DNA of 63,722 nt, filler included, from Reticulomyxa filosa (taxonomy: Eukaryota; Protista; Foraminifera), in NCBI GenBank assembly GCA_000512085.1. It is 18 parts of 18 records of this genome, joined end to end, with 100 filler letters (N's around TTAATTAATTAA, not from the genome) between each part and the next. Parts side by side here need not be neighbours in the genome. Positions count along the whole stretch, not along the records: positions 1 to 5,530 come from ASPP01046906.1; positions 5,631 to 6,757 come from ASPP01002417.1; positions 6,858 to 10,195 come from ASPP01003575.1; positions 10,296 to 11,909 come from ASPP01009224.1; positions 12,010 to 13,141 come from ASPP01022946.1; 13 more parts are not named here. One strand, 5' to 3'. A program made the translations under genes and the position numbers. Positions 1-13,241 of the stretch are shown piece after piece; within the stretch, counting starts at the first letter, position 1; the number at the start of each line of letters is the position of its first letter. Under the pieces are notes generated by a model, which was not told where the DNA came from, ran no database searches, and worked only from the letters and a program-made list of their open reading frames with translations.

Positions 1-479
1 TACATTTCAATATATTGATTTGTATAACAGATAAATTATTTCAAATACAATAATATTTAAAATTTAATTTTTTCTTTTTGCAATGAAGTCTAACAAATGA
101 CCATTTGCTCAAATTATTCATTTGTAAAAAAGCGTATTACAAATTTAAAATATAAATTTTATTATCAAAACTTATACTTTTTTAAATTCATCTCATAAAA
201 AGTGTTATTCATGTTATTTAAATTTGACATATAATTCAAATTCAAATTTTAGTTTAACGTGTGAAAATTCGATCAATTATTGCACAAATCAATAGAATCT
301 CATTTATATATTTTTTTATGTTTATCATAATTGACTGCAAAAGTATAAATGATCGATCATTTATACAGTTTTCATTTACATTCATTGCAATTCTTTTTAA
401 AAAATTGTTATAATCATGCAACTTCAAAACTTGTGATGAATAGACGTCAATTTCTGACAGAAATATAAAAGAATCTATT

Positions 480-1140
480 TAAATGATATTTTGACAATTT
501 GCTGTTTTTTGTATCGCTTCATTTGCATTTGTCACCACAATCTCTTTTAATAAATCGAAACTATAATTTGTGATAAGAAAAAAAATTTGAAACCTTTTGG
601 AATGATAACCATCATATCCTTTCAAATCCTCTATTCCCATTGCTTCGCTAGCATATAATTTAGACTGTTGATATATTGTCTGTGACCATCATGACTGTTT
701 CTTGAACATAACATGATAGCTGAACAAGTTATACACTAATTATTTGACTTTTGCACAAAAGTGTATCCAAACGAAATAAGTAAAACATTTTCTTGGCAAC
801 GTTGTAACATACAGCAACAGAGGTAAATAAATATGCAGAGCAAGACTATAGTGCCGGAAGCTAGGATGAAACAAGTAATGAGCAAAGCAGTGATATGAAA
901 AAATTGCAATTAACAGCTCTTCAAAGATGATATATTTAACTTGGTTTTTAGTTTTCCAAACGTCACTTTTGCGTTTTTAAAACAGAACAAGAAAAAGCTC
1001 GACGGCCACTGAACGCAGCCAACAAGAGAGTAAAAATATTGACTGTTTTGCATATTTTGCTTAAGATCCTGATGTTGTGTTTGTTCTTGAGATTTCTGCG
1101 TTACACAATTTACAAACAGCCTACTACGGATCAAGAACAT
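480..1140 (-). pseudogene. possible degraded multi-pass membrane protein relic
   Basis: Hydrophobic protein-like fragments in alternating frames (e.g. CSAYLFTSVAVCYNVAKKMFYLFRLDTLL) broken by several stops. No family can be assigned. Confidence 0.25.
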
Positions 1141-1529
1141 ATTCCTTTCTTACTGTTATTATTGTCATGGCAAGAAAGCTTTTGAATGTCTTCTCAGTTT
1201 AAATTGAAGATCAAAGTATTTAAGGAGTTCACAGGAAAAAACTATTATGTTGTTTTTTCGTGCTAGCCACGTCAAACAAGAAACGCATAGTATCTTCCTT
1301 TTCAAAGAATAAAAGGATGTGAATATTTTGCAAAATAAGTAATCTTGCATTGTTTGAAAGTCGCAAAAAAGTGAAACAGAGCGAGTAAGTATAACCATAA
1401 AAGAGCTAAAATATGATAATATGGATAATTCTATAACATCATCTTTCGTTTAAATGATGTCATGTGTCAGTTTAAACTCTTTCAATTTTTTTTTCTTTTT
1501 GACAGTTCGAGTAAACAACTAGAACAAAT

Positions 1530-2496
1530 ATGAAAGCAAGTACGGTCGGAGTTTGCGTAGTTGCTAGATTTAAACCTGTGGCAATACAAAGCAAAGACAC
1601 CGTTCAGATAGAAATTATTGATGAGAAATCCATTCGAATTCATCAAACAATCGTGCAGAGCCATTATTTTTTAACTTGGATTTGGTTTTTCGACCAGAAA
1701 CGACACAGCAAGTAATGTTTGAAATGGTTGGGAAAAAATTAGTCACTGACGCTCTAGCCGGTTACAACGGCACGTTATTCGCTTATGGACAAACCGGAAG
1801 TGGAAAAACGCACACATTGTTTGTAAAAAAAAAAAGCTAAGAGAGAGAGAAAGGATGAAATTATGATATTTGTATGTGTGTGTGTGTGTATGGGTTTATT
1901 GCACAAAAAAAGATTTGGGTGCATGAGCCATGTTGATAGTGAAGAACGAGGTATCATACCTCGTGCTTGTGAGCAGTTGTTCCACAATTTGGAGGATGAC
2001 GAGTCTGTGCAAGAAGTGTACGTGAAGTGCTCCTTCATTGAAATCTACCAAGAAAATTTTCAAGATTTGCTAAATTCTGAAAATAAAGTGAAAATTCGAG
2101 AAAAACCTGACGGTTTGTAAAAATGTGCAAATGTAGCACTGATTGACAACTTTTTTTTTTTTTGGAAAACGTATACATATGTGTAATGTATGTATTACAT
2201 GCAGGAGGTATTGAAGTACAAGGTATCACCGAAGAATATGTCTCGTCTTTTGAAGATGTGTACGATTTGATTCAAACTGGCTTTCGCAGTAGAGCAATGC
2301 AATGTATATTGTTATCTTTCACATACTTATCGTCTGCCAGCTGTTGTATTTAAAAAATAGGTACATTTATGAATAAAGAAAGCTCGAGGAGCCACTGTGT
2401 TTTGACATTGGCCATTAAACAAATCATGACTGATGGAAGCGTCAAAAGTAGCAAAATTAACTTTGCCGACTGTACGGGCACTTTCGTTTGTTTTTT

Positions 2497-2529
<33 letters not shown>

Positions 2530-5430
2530 ATAGAAAAAAAAAAAAAGTTGCTATTTTAAAAACAGAAATAGCAAATTTGTTGAACAGTACTTTGACATCG
2601 TTAAACAAATGGGACAAAAACTACAGTGGCAGGATCAGAGAGAGTAAGAAAGACAGGAGCAACAGGTCAAACACTGAACGAGGCAAAGAAGATAAACCAA
2701 TCTCTAAGTGCTTTAGGAAATTGCATTAATGCACTCACCACACCACATCGCACACATGTGCCATTTCGGGTAAGCAAAATAATATAGACTCGCAATGAAC
2801 TACTCTCTTTTTTTTTTTTATTTATTGTTAGAATTTTTTTTTTTTTTTGCTTACAATATGTATGGCCATAGGATAGCAAGCTGACATTTTTGCTAAAAGA
2901 CTCGTTAGGGGGAAACACAAAGACCACATTATTGGTAAATTGCAGGTCTGATAATTGGGACATTGAAGAAACAATTTCTACATTACGATTTGCGTCCAGA
3001 GCCAAGCAAATCAAAAATGATGTCAAAATCAATAAAGTCTTAAGTGTAAAGGTATTTTTTTTTTCCCTGCACGACTTCACAAAAGTAAAACGGGAGGAGG
3101 AAAAAAAAAATGATCGAAAGTACATGCCAAAAAACTTACAATTTTTGTTGCTCCGCAAACGAAATGAACTTTTTTTTAAAGAAAGGAGGGACTATGGCGA
3201 CAAAGGGAAAACCTCATCGATGGAAGTTATTGATGTGCTGATAGGAACTGGAATTTATGGTACTTATATATAAAAGCAAGCTGAAGGCCGCCAATATGAT
3301 GATCTCACGCGTGACACATTTTTTGTTATTGTTGAGCAGTAACGAGTTTGACCCGGAGAGAGACAAGCCACAGTTATTTAATCTCCTACAACATTTGCAA
3401 AACAATAAGTCTGATACCTTTGACAACGCACGATCTCCATCTCGCTCAGACAGATCAGTTGATGATGCGTCAACTCCGAAACTTTTACATTCGCCTCCTT
3501 CTACACCTGTTTTAAAAAAAAAACACTTGCCGTTACACCTTTCGCCGCCGTTGAAAACTCGGCCTCAGTGGCCACGTGGCAAATCAATTGGGAAAATTAA
3601 TCAAGAAGACAATTTTGAGAACAGAATACATATACGTGTGGATAGCGTTTCTCCAAAGAAACCCACTTTTAAAAGATATCAAACAGCTGAAGAAACAAGC
3701 AGCAGGCTTGTGAATTTTTGTTTTTTTGGGAAAAACTAGCAACAAAAAAGCCGAAAATTTTACCACATTGTTTCTGCGTAAACTCAAGACAAAAAAATAT
3801 ATGCTGTGTTTTAAATTAGAAGAGAAAAAAAAAAGCAACAAAATTTTGCCAAAAAAAAATTTCAGGGATATACATGAGGAGTATGAAGAACCAAAAGAAA
3901 TCGAAATAATGCAAGAGTTGAAAAAAGCATTAGAAACAAAGGAAAAAGAAGTTTTCGAGCTAACAAAAGAAGTGCAAAAATACAAAGAAGAAAGCTTGGA
4001 AATCACTCGAGAATTAAATTCACTGAAATATGTAAAAGCACAATTAGTTAGAGAAATTGAAGAGCTTAAAGATGCAGTAAAACAGCACAAAGTGTTTAAA
4101 TATACTTCCCATCAAGCACTTCGCATTCGCACTCCTCCTGCAGAAGAAGAAGTTCAAAAGCAAATTAAGCGGTGGTCTCGTTTCAACGAAGCCGACAGTT
4201 GTGCAATTGACTTGGGCAGTGAACTAGAAATAGCAAGGCAGCTATTGCTCATAACTCCTCAAAGCAAAAGCTGTATAAATACTGAAATGCATTCTTTTGA
4301 GTTGTCTGCCCTGCAAAGTGAAGAATACGCCACCGACAGGCCAAACAACACAGAAGAGACCACACGAATCGACTTTGACAGTGAACAGCAGCAGCTGCTT
4401 GCAAATGTACAAAAATGCAAAGAGCATATACAAGCGCTAAACACTCAAGTGGACACTTTACACAATGGGAATGATGAAATACTTAAAAACCGATTGGAAC
4501 TGGTATTGTGATAACTAAAAATAACTTTTTTTAAAAGTTCATTTGACCCCTGTCTTGATGTTGTGTTACTTAGTCGGATTGGAACAAAGAATTGCAGCAG
4601 CAAATTAATATTCTTAAGCAAAAATCACAGCAGCAAATGTATGAGCACGTAACTGCAATTAAAGTTGTGAAGTGTCAAACCAAAAAAAAAACATTTTCAG
4701 ACTATTGAGATTGTTTATGAATTCTAATATATGAAATTGATAGAAAGATAGCCCTACAACAAGGCAGGAGAATATTACAAAAACAATGGATTTACTTAAC
4801 ACCCCACGACTGCGAGATTCTGCTTTACACATTCCTTTGCCAATTTCTCCATCCTTCTCACAAAACCCGATCATTGTAGAAAAAGTACCAATTGATGAGG
4901 AAGAGCATTGGAAATATCGAGTAAATCAAGCGAAGGCAGTAATGTATGACCTACAAACCAAGTTGGAGGAATATAGTGAAATTTCTCAAGGATGTGATAT
5001 CAATAGTTTCAAAGCCATGATTAGCGCTTCTGTGCTAAGGTACAAAAAATTCTTGCGCAATGTGCAAGCATAGGGGCTTGTTGTTGTTTCTTCATATGTG
5101 TGTATACAAAGATACCTTATGTTCGCTTAAGATTTTAAAATAAAACCTACAGTTAAATATAAATGCACTTAAAATATGAAAATAGTGCACTCTCATTTTT
5201 GGAAAATTCTCCACTTGATAACTCAATGGAAGCAAAAACTCTACAAAGAATAAGTGAACTGGAGCTGGAAAACAAAAAATTGCTCCAAAAGTTGGATAGT
5301 ATGAAACAAACATGGGCTGCTCATTTTGACGCTCTATTAACCGCACAACATGATGACAAAGACTCTCCCTCTAACTACTCTCATGATACAAATTCAAGTA
5401 AAAGTGCAAAGCGCTCCAAATTTGCCAAGG
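1530..5430 (+). CDS. N-type kinesin motor protein with coiled-coil stalk, multi-exon, probably 3' truncated by the contig end
   Basis: Spliced exons give VVARFKP, P-loop [27 protein letters not shown], switch I NKESSRSH, switch [46 protein letters not shown] and [13 protein letters not shown], joined by GT-AG introns. One frameshift at the T6 run 1667-1672. Downstream exons are E/K/Q-rich coiled coil. Confidence 0.95.
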
Positions 5431-5633
5431 TTAGTTTCAATTTCTGTGCTCACAGACAAAAAATGTTGTCTTGGTGCTTTCATACGAATAATGGTATCTT
5501 TAGTACATTTCACTAATTAAAAAAAAAAAANNNNNNNNNNNNNNNNNNNNNNNNNNNNNNNNNNNNNNNNNNNNTTAATTAATTAANNNNNNNNNNNNNN
5601 NNNNNNNNNNNNNNNNNNNNNNNNNNNNNNCCT

Positions 5634-6083
5634 AACAAGCAGCCAAATTTACTGCTTTGGTATTTGTTCAAGATCATCCAGGACAATTGAAATCTGCAAC
5701 TAATGATGGAAAAGGCAACTATGAAGTATAAAGAAGAATTTACCACATAGATTCATATTCGAATTGCTAAAACTTCTTATCAAATGTTGGAAATCAAATG
5801 GAAAATGAAAAAGCAACAAACAATACAAAAGTTGAGGGCACCACTTTCATTGAGACCGGTGACCAAGCTGAAGTTGTATTTGCTCCAAAAATGACATTAG
5901 TTGTGAGCTATGCAGAAGACTATTGAGTATGTCAAAAAGAATTTCTTGTATATATATATGATGTCATGCATAATATAATAATTTATATTGTATCGTGCTG
6001 TTATTATCATTATAGGAAGAATGGCTGCAATGTACACAAACTCGTTGATTATGTTGGGAAAAGTTTTGCAGTAATACAAATGA
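5634..6083 (+). pseudogene. EFL: EFL (elongation factor-like GTPase, EF-1alpha paralogue) domain III pseudogene
   Basis: Reads FTALVFVQDHPGQLK ... IHIRIAKTSYQMLEIKWKM / KATNNTKVEG..FIETGDQAEVVFAPKM, then an intron at about 5927-6015, then GRMAAMYTNSLIMLGKV. The WKM-K-T-x2-K segment and the x-N-x3-MLGKV ending are EFL-type rather than EF-1alpha-type. In-frame TAG at 5748-5750 plus frameshifts. Confidence 0.8.
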
Positions 6084-6857
6084 TAGAACAAAATAATTGA
6101 AACATGCTGCGATACAAAAACTTTTAAATGAATAGTTATTTTGTTCTAATAATTCTCTTTATTTTTTAATAACATTTTTTTTCTTTTTTTTAAAGGGTCC
6201 AATCATTCATTTGCAATTTCTCGATAAAAAAATTTTTAAAAATGTGGGTAGGCTGAGACCCTGGAGGTTAGAATTTTTTTTTGGCTACATCCGAAAGTAT
6301 GTAATTTTTGAATTCTAAAACTCGTATTGTATTATCGAGTTAGTCTTTAGCTTTTTTAATTTCTTTTTTCCATTCCAAAAAAAAATATAATTAACAAAAA
6401 AAATATGCATCCGACCAAAGAGACAATAACTATTAAACAGGAATCGTTTTCATTGCTTGGTCTTGGTTTTCTTTTTCCAGGACTACATCCGCAAAAGGTT
6501 ATTTTCCCATAAACAATGCAAATAAACGCATGAACAACGTACAGTCAGATGGATCCAACTCCCCAACCGTCCATGCACGGGTTGCAAAGCTCATTAATTT
6601 GGTAGTGACACTATGATGTTGACCTTTGTCCATAAACGAGGTCAAAGTATCCACATCTTGAAGAAAGTACTTGATTTTTTCCAGCAAGTGACAGATTTGT
6701 GGGGATTGCTTGCTTTTCGCTACCAGTTGCAGCTGACCATAGTTATCCATTAAAAAGNNNNNNNNNNNNNNNNNNNNNNNNNNNNNNNNNNNNNNNNNNN
6801 NTTAATTAATTAANNNNNNNNNNNNNNNNNNNNNNNNNNNNNNNNNNNNNNNNNNNN

Positions 6858-7466
6858 TGCCACAGAACAAAGGCCGCAATAATTTGGAGCTAATGTCCTT
6901 TTTCTTAAAAAAACTATATTATTAAATATATGTGCATTGACAACTGCATACAAACAAAAAATTGTTTTATGTCCACAAAGACAAAGCACAGTTTGACGAA
7001 AAAAAGTATAGTTAATACCAAGATTGTAATGGTATGAAGTCAATATGTGATTCTAAGAGTTTTCGACTACCAATGCAGTTGTTCAAAAATTGCACCGATC
7101 ATTGTGATTGTTCTTTGTTCATTGTTTCATTCGGATTATTGCAATTGCTATTGTTGATATCTGTGTTGATGCTAGAGATGTTGATGTTAATTGATACAAG
7201 ATCTTGTATTACAGGGTCTTTGCTTATCTAAGCTGCTTGCTAAGATTGTGGATTTGTCGATTTGCTTTCTGCAGTAGTGACTGCAATATTAACACGTGAT
7301 AATCTAATTTCTTGAGTTTCGCTTGGTCTTTGCAATGTCGAGCAAGCAAATATTTTGTCAATGCTAAATATCGGTCTCGTAATAATGAGTAACTCATTTG
7401 CAGTAACAAGGTCTCTGTCTGTGTTAGGACATGCCTTTTTTTCAATACGTAAACTTCAATTTCCAT
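6858..7466 (-). pseudogene. degraded coding sequence (coiled-coil and N-rich region), unknown family
   Basis: The 80-aa ORF continues in another frame through an internal TGA to ...DFIPLQSW, then a GT-AG intron, then TLAPNYCGLCSVA at the contig end. Confidence 0.3.
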
Positions 7467-8199
7467 GTTTTTAAACTACTCTACGTTATAATATTTTCTT
7501 ATTAAGTAACAATTTTATTTTGTTTTTTCCGCTGCTAAGAGAAACAAATCAACCAAAAGTGCTTGTTGTAAAACGTTTAAAAGAACTTTCTTTCCAAACA
7601 TAAGTCAAACTTTCTTGCTTAGTGCGACAATCAACAGGCGCGCCATAAGACTAAAAAAGTAGAAAAAGTGAATTCATTTTAGAAAGGTGTTGCATTGTGA
7701 TGACTTTCCAAGTGGTTTTCTGTGAGCTAGTCGGTGTCTTGACAAACGAAATCGTCAGCTATCATTTTCTTTTTTGTTTGTTCGTACATGGACTTTTTTG
7801 AAATGTTAGTAACAAGTTAAGTCTTGTGTTGGTGTGAAATGTTCTGTTTGTGATCGAACTTGATATCGTAGGGGACAACGGATTTGGATGCAAACTGGAA
7901 AGACAAGAAAATCAAAATTGACAGTGTATGACTACGAAATGACAAAGATACAACAATTAAATGTCATCCCATTCAGACAATCACATCTATAACAGCAATT
8001 ATTGTCATTTACAATTATAACTACAATCACAATGGCAAAGAAGTGTTATCCATTGGTCCATCCTATATTTATTGTAACACCTGCTCTTGCAACGTCTCCA
8101 CATCCGGTTTTTTTTTTCCAATCTCTTTTCAGCTGACTATGTTGCTACTATTGCTTTGTGTCTTGTGTGCGATACTATAGCATGTGATCGAGAGAGCGC

Positions 8200-8597
8200 G
8201 ACAAAGGCCAACATTGGGACACAAGCCGAAGCAGAAATAAAAAAAGTGACGGCCAACGAAGCGGTGAAAATTGAACAACGGCAAGTTGAAGGGACGAAGC
8301 CGAAGCAGGACTAAGATTCGGTCGATAATAAAACATATAAACAGACATCAATATCGAACGTGTGAAGCAAGTAGGACTTCGAGTTCGTTCACTCGAACCA
8401 GAAGCAGAAGCGGAAGCAAAAGTAGAAATGGACATAGATATCGAAATCGAAAGCGTAGTCGTAAAGTCAAAGTCGAAGTCAACACCGAATTGAAAGTCGA
8501 CATGCGAGTAAACATAAAAGAAAAGAGTAAGATGATACTTTACGAAATGACCGATGCTACGTTCAACATTTTTGTTTTTAAGGTTTATCTTAAGTGA
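8200..8597 (+). pseudogene. RS-rich low-complexity coding relic
   Basis: RSRSRTK...RTRSRSGSKSRNGHRYRNRKRSR, with no intact upstream domain found. Confidence 0.25.
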
Positions 8598-9527
8598 GAT
8601 ATATACTATATATTTGTGCCACTCACGAAATATTGAGCACTTAACAATGATGGAAAAGGCCTTGGATTTAACAGTAGAGAAAAGTGATATTTTTTTAAAT
8701 TTAATACGTACATGTTCAATACTTTTTTAAAAAAATTTTGTACATTTGTCTTAAAAAAAAAAATACGTACCAAAGTAATTATTTAAAAACACTTATAGAT
8801 TTACGTGTCGCTATTCAATAGTGATAAAAAAAAATCCAATTTTTTAATTATGAAAAAAGCTGGTGCCATCCGTTGAAAGTATTTTTTTAATTACAACATT
8901 TACTTGGATAGTGTTTGATTGTAATTGCTCAAGGATTGCAATAATCTTACTGTGTTATGCCATTATCAATTCCAAATGAAGGTATCATTTTCTTTTTTTT
9001 GAAAGTGTTTGTGTGTTTTGATATAAATTTGTTTTACTTTTGAAGACGCAGCGTAACATGACAAGAAGAGCCAATTGAAAAAAAATTGCTTTTAAAAAAC
9101 TTAATTGAAATGATTTTTTAATTGATTTGAAAGTTTGTTTTTTTTGTTATTAACCTCATTTGCAAGGTTGCTCTAATGAATTTTTTGTGCTAATTTTTGG
9201 TTGATTTTTACCATTGAGTCGTTGAACAACGGCAATAAAATTGTTATTTTATGAAAAAAATTCAAAAGTAAAAAAATTAATTATCATCGTTAAATCAATT
9301 TTTGTTCCCAAAAAAGATGAAATGATATTATTGACAAGCAAGCAGTGTTCTTTTATTTTTTCGATTTGGTTCATTTTTTGTTTGTGTCATTTTTGATTTT
9401 TTTTGAACTAATTTTTATAAAAAAACCACTTTGTAAAAAAAAAATTTCCAAAAACGTTTGATGGGGGGATATGATTCAGTTTTTTTTATGTTGGTTTTTC
9501 TAATGTGCCGAGTTTAACCAACAAAGA

Positions 9528-10099
9528 ATGAGTTCCAGTGACGTTTTCTCCCAGAACAGAAAAGAAGAAAAGTGAATAAATCAAACTATAGAAGTAAAGG
9601 AGCGAATGAAGACATTATGAAAATATCTTCAACGACAGAAGAATCAAAGACATTATACTAGCATATCAGTTACGCCAACTCTTTTTATGTTTGTTTGGTT
9701 GTTTTGCAAATGAGAAAAATGACGCCAAAAAATGAAATAGACAATGTGCAAATAAACATTCATTGTGTAATGGTATTGATGCAACAATATCAGCAGAAGA
9801 GATTGGCCGTAGAGCAAGTATTGTTGTTACAGCAATCGCAAGCACATAATAGGATTACCCATTGACAAGGGACGCAGCCAATATCTGTAATTCCCCCACA
9901 ACAGTCATTCACATATTCACAAATCGATCAAGGTAACAACATGACTCAAGGCATTGATAATAATAACAATAGTATCAATTCAAACAACACAATCGACAAT
10001 AATAACATTCCTTTGCAAAATGCTGCATTAACATCGCCAAGTGTTTTGGAAGAATTATTTCCACGTCAATTCCATGACAACCACATTCTTGTCCATTAG
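9528..10099 (+). pseudogene. Q/N-rich coding relic with internal stops
   Basis: Long Q/N-rich frame (MQQYQQKRLAVEQVLLLQQSQ...) interrupted by TGA at 9863-9865. The upstream part also has stops. Confidence 0.3.
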
Positions 10100-10698
10100 G
10101 TTATCATAAACTTATTTATTTGTGTATTTATTTATGTTCAAACACAAAAACTGCTTGGAAGAGGGAAAAATTGAATAAATTACAAAAAAAAAAAANNNNN
10201 NNNNNNNNNNNNNNNNNNNNNNNNNNNNNNNNNNNNNNNTTAATTAATTAANNNNNNNNNNNNNNNNNNNNNNNNNNNNNNNNNNNNNNNNNNNNATATA
10301 AAGTCCTTCGAAATTTTTAAAAATCATTTAAAAAAATCACATTTTTGATCAACGTAGGAAAAACTTATCATAAAACCAATTTCATATTTAAAAACTACAA
10401 GATTAATAGATATTTTAAAAAAAAAAATTAGGTTTAAATCTTTATTTTTCATGGAGAAAATCGATTCTCTTCATATAGTGCCCAGTTTTTTTTGCAATCT
10501 ACTGTATTATATTTGACACATTAAAAAATACTGCGTTGCCATTTTTTAGAAACAAAAGTTTGTACATAAATTCATAGCTTTGTGTCTTGATAAGTAGATC
10601 ACAAAACATTGAGAGTGTAAAAGGGAACTGTCAATTGTTTTGTTTTTTTTTTAAAGGAACGGTGTGATTAATTGTTCATCAGCCTTTTTATTCGCATA

Positions 10699-11909
10699 AT
10701 GAGCACGGCAACAGTGACACCATTGCGAACATGTGTGTTCAATGCAGCGGCTCGAAGTAGCGGCGTGCCTTCGATGTTGGCTTTGCAGCGAAGGCATTCA
10801 AGTGCGTTTGACCCGTTTTGGTATTTGCACTATCAAACAGTCAATCGAGACCAACAAGGATCATTTGAAAACGCGTGGATAAAGAATCGAGGAGACTTTA
10901 AGAATAAGCTCTCGAGTGGTGAATTCAATGCATTAGAGCAAAAAATTGGAAAGACACATACTTATCAAGGTCCGTGTCCACTGAAACAATTCACCTTTTG
11001 CTTTATGCGGAAGTACAAGGAAAAAAAAAGGGGGGGCGGCGTGTAGCAAAAAAAAAAAAAAAAACATATGAAAGTTCACATGACAAAATCTAATTTAGAA
11101 TTGGAAACGAAGATGGCAGGACTATTTGGCATGTCACGTCACACGTGGGTAAGAAAGACAGTTGAGTTAACCTGTTTTTTTTTTTTTTGCAAAAGTAGTA
11201 ACAATTGGAATTAAAAAAAAAAAAAAAAAAAAAAATAAACGCATAGAGAACATGGAAATATGCGAATCAAACGGTGTTGCAATACATTAAAGATGGAAAC
11301 CATCCGTCAACTCTGGTTAACAATCAAACTCAACAAGAAGGAATTTGTGTTTGTTTTGAAAAAGAATTGTTTGCAAGCAATGTGTTAAAAAGCAAACGTT
11401 AAAAACAGGAATAATAACAATAATAATGTATACATTATTATTGTTATTATTATTATTCGCAGTATAGTCCAACCCATTATCCACAATAATAACAATAACA
11501 ATAACAACAACAATAAAAATATACAAAGATATTTGGCTCAAATGAAGTGTTTGATAAATTTCGTAAAAATTATTTATTTGATCCGGAAAAACTGTTGGTT
11601 GCATTTTCTTACGCCGACTTACGCTACATGTGCGCAGTTCAGTGTATCGACTATTGTGGAGGTCCTCCGATGATTGCAGTCTTTGGCGTTCGCAAAGAAT
11701 ATTACTTTGATCTCCCCGATCCAAAGAAACTTGATGCGAAAACGCTGGCATTTCGATGCGCTCAAGCGCTGCCTTACCACGTGGTCATACTGACCGTGTT
11801 AAATGCTATCAAAGAAAATAAGGCCATTGACGCTCATTATTTTCAGTTTTCCCATCGTCACGCTTGTGTTTTTTTTTTTTTTTTTTTTCTTTTTTTTTTT
11901 TTAAAAAAA
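10699..11909 (+). CDS. divergent class I heme peroxidase-fold protein (CcP/APX-like), probably non-catalytic, with mitochondrial-type presequence; 3' truncated
   Basis: Exons 10699-10969, 11099-11148, 11247-11315 and 11529-~11865 splice in frame. LFGMSRHTWRTW resembles LVRLAWHTSGTW. FSYADL..CAVQCIDYCGGP resembles SYADL..AGV.AV...GGP. LPDP resembles RLPDA. HVVILTVLNAI resembles EVVALMGAHAL. The N-terminus is R/S/A-rich with no acidic residues, ending QRRHSS. Confidence 0.62.
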
Positions 11910-12009
11910 NNNNNNNNNNNNNNNNNNNNNNNNNNNNNNNNNNNNNNNNNNNNTTAATTAATTAANNNNNNNNNNNNNNNNNNNNNNNNNNNNNNNNNNN
12001 NNNNNNNNN

Positions 12010-13141
12010 TATTCGGCGGATTAATAATATTGTTGATCGGATTGATAATTGGACTAATTGTTCGCAACAAAGCACTAAAATACTACATCAAACGTATGCG
12101 TGAGTCCAACTTAGGCCAAGCATTAAATGAATTGATGAAATTGTATGAAAACTCGTCGAAGAAAGGAGCCTTAGGTAGTTGGTATCAAAATGTTGGCAAA
12201 ACGAAACTTGAGCTGTTAATGGATGAAGATTATTACTCCAGCGATTTGGCATCACCTCAGTATTTGATTTATCTATTGATCGAATTTGAGCGACATGTTG
12301 TCTTTGAGCGATTGGACCCTTCATTTTTGAGTGAGCGAAACGATTGGATTGCCAATTTGCTGGAATGTCAACGTTTTGAAGATATCATTGTTTTCATTCG
12401 CAAATTGTCTTCAGCCATTCGAGAACCACCATTTTTCACTTTGGCCATTAAGTTTGTTTTTTCTTTCCCTTCCTCCTTTTCTTTTCAAAAAAAAAAAAGA
12501 GCTAATTCTTGTTGTTGAAAAATAGAGCGCTTTCAGAAGAATCAATGTTTAGTGAGGCCCCATTATCTTTATGCTTTTTGGTGATGGAATTTGTTACTGA
12601 TGTAAGTAATGTCGCCGAATTATGTTCCACTATGCTGCTGCATGAATCCAAATTGCCCGTGTTTGATCCACTTCGACCTCCGAAACTTATTAAGGAAATT
12701 CTTTCTTTTGGCGATTCCACCAACGCTCTTATCAAAGACTTTGTCGCACATTTGAAGACAGTCGGCAAAGGCGACAAATTCGATTGGAACGAACAAGAAA
12801 TCTTTGAAGAAGAAGAAAAGTATCAAGTCGAACCTGTCGCTGTTGGCACCGTTGAATCAAATTTGAACTTTCACTCCACTGCAAATCCTCTACTCCCATA
12901 TAACGCTCTACCTGTGCCACAAGCACCCGAAATAGAATTACAGGAACAACAAAATCCGCTGCAATCTTACTCATTCCCAGTGCAACAATCTCAACAATCA
13001 CGTCCACAATCTGAGCCATTACAATCAGAATCATTACAACCAGGATCATTAAAACTGGAACTACAGCCAGGATCACAAGAATCACAACAATTACAGCAAT
13101 CACAAGCATCGAAAGAGCAAGAAAAACAAAATGAACAAGAA
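12010..13141 (+). CDS. fragment of an uncharacterised protein (hydrophobic segment, helical domain, Q-rich tail)
   Basis: Two long ORFs are joined in frame by a GT-AG intron at 12452-12525. Truncated at both contig ends. Confidence 0.7.
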
Positions 13142-13241
13142 NNNNNNNNNNNNNNNNNNNNNNNNNNNNNNNNNNNNNNNNNNNNTTAATTAATTAANNN
13201 NNNNNNNNNNNNNNNNNNNNNNNNNNNNNNNNNNNNNNNNN

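Noticed and set aside
1660-1680. T TTT TTA heptamer in the kinesin gene, correctly phased for a -1 programmed frameshift that would restore the motor domain
   Set aside because: Frameshifts in otherwise intact genes (about 25690, 27520, 28945, 44405, 47230, 58640) all fall in homopolymers and go in both directions, which points to homopolymer sequencing error. Raw reads or cDNA would settle it.
6240-6757. 83-aa minus ORF and nearby ctacatccg duplicates as a possible mobile-element end
   Set aside because: No recognisable motif, TIR or target-site duplication, and it is truncated by the contig end.
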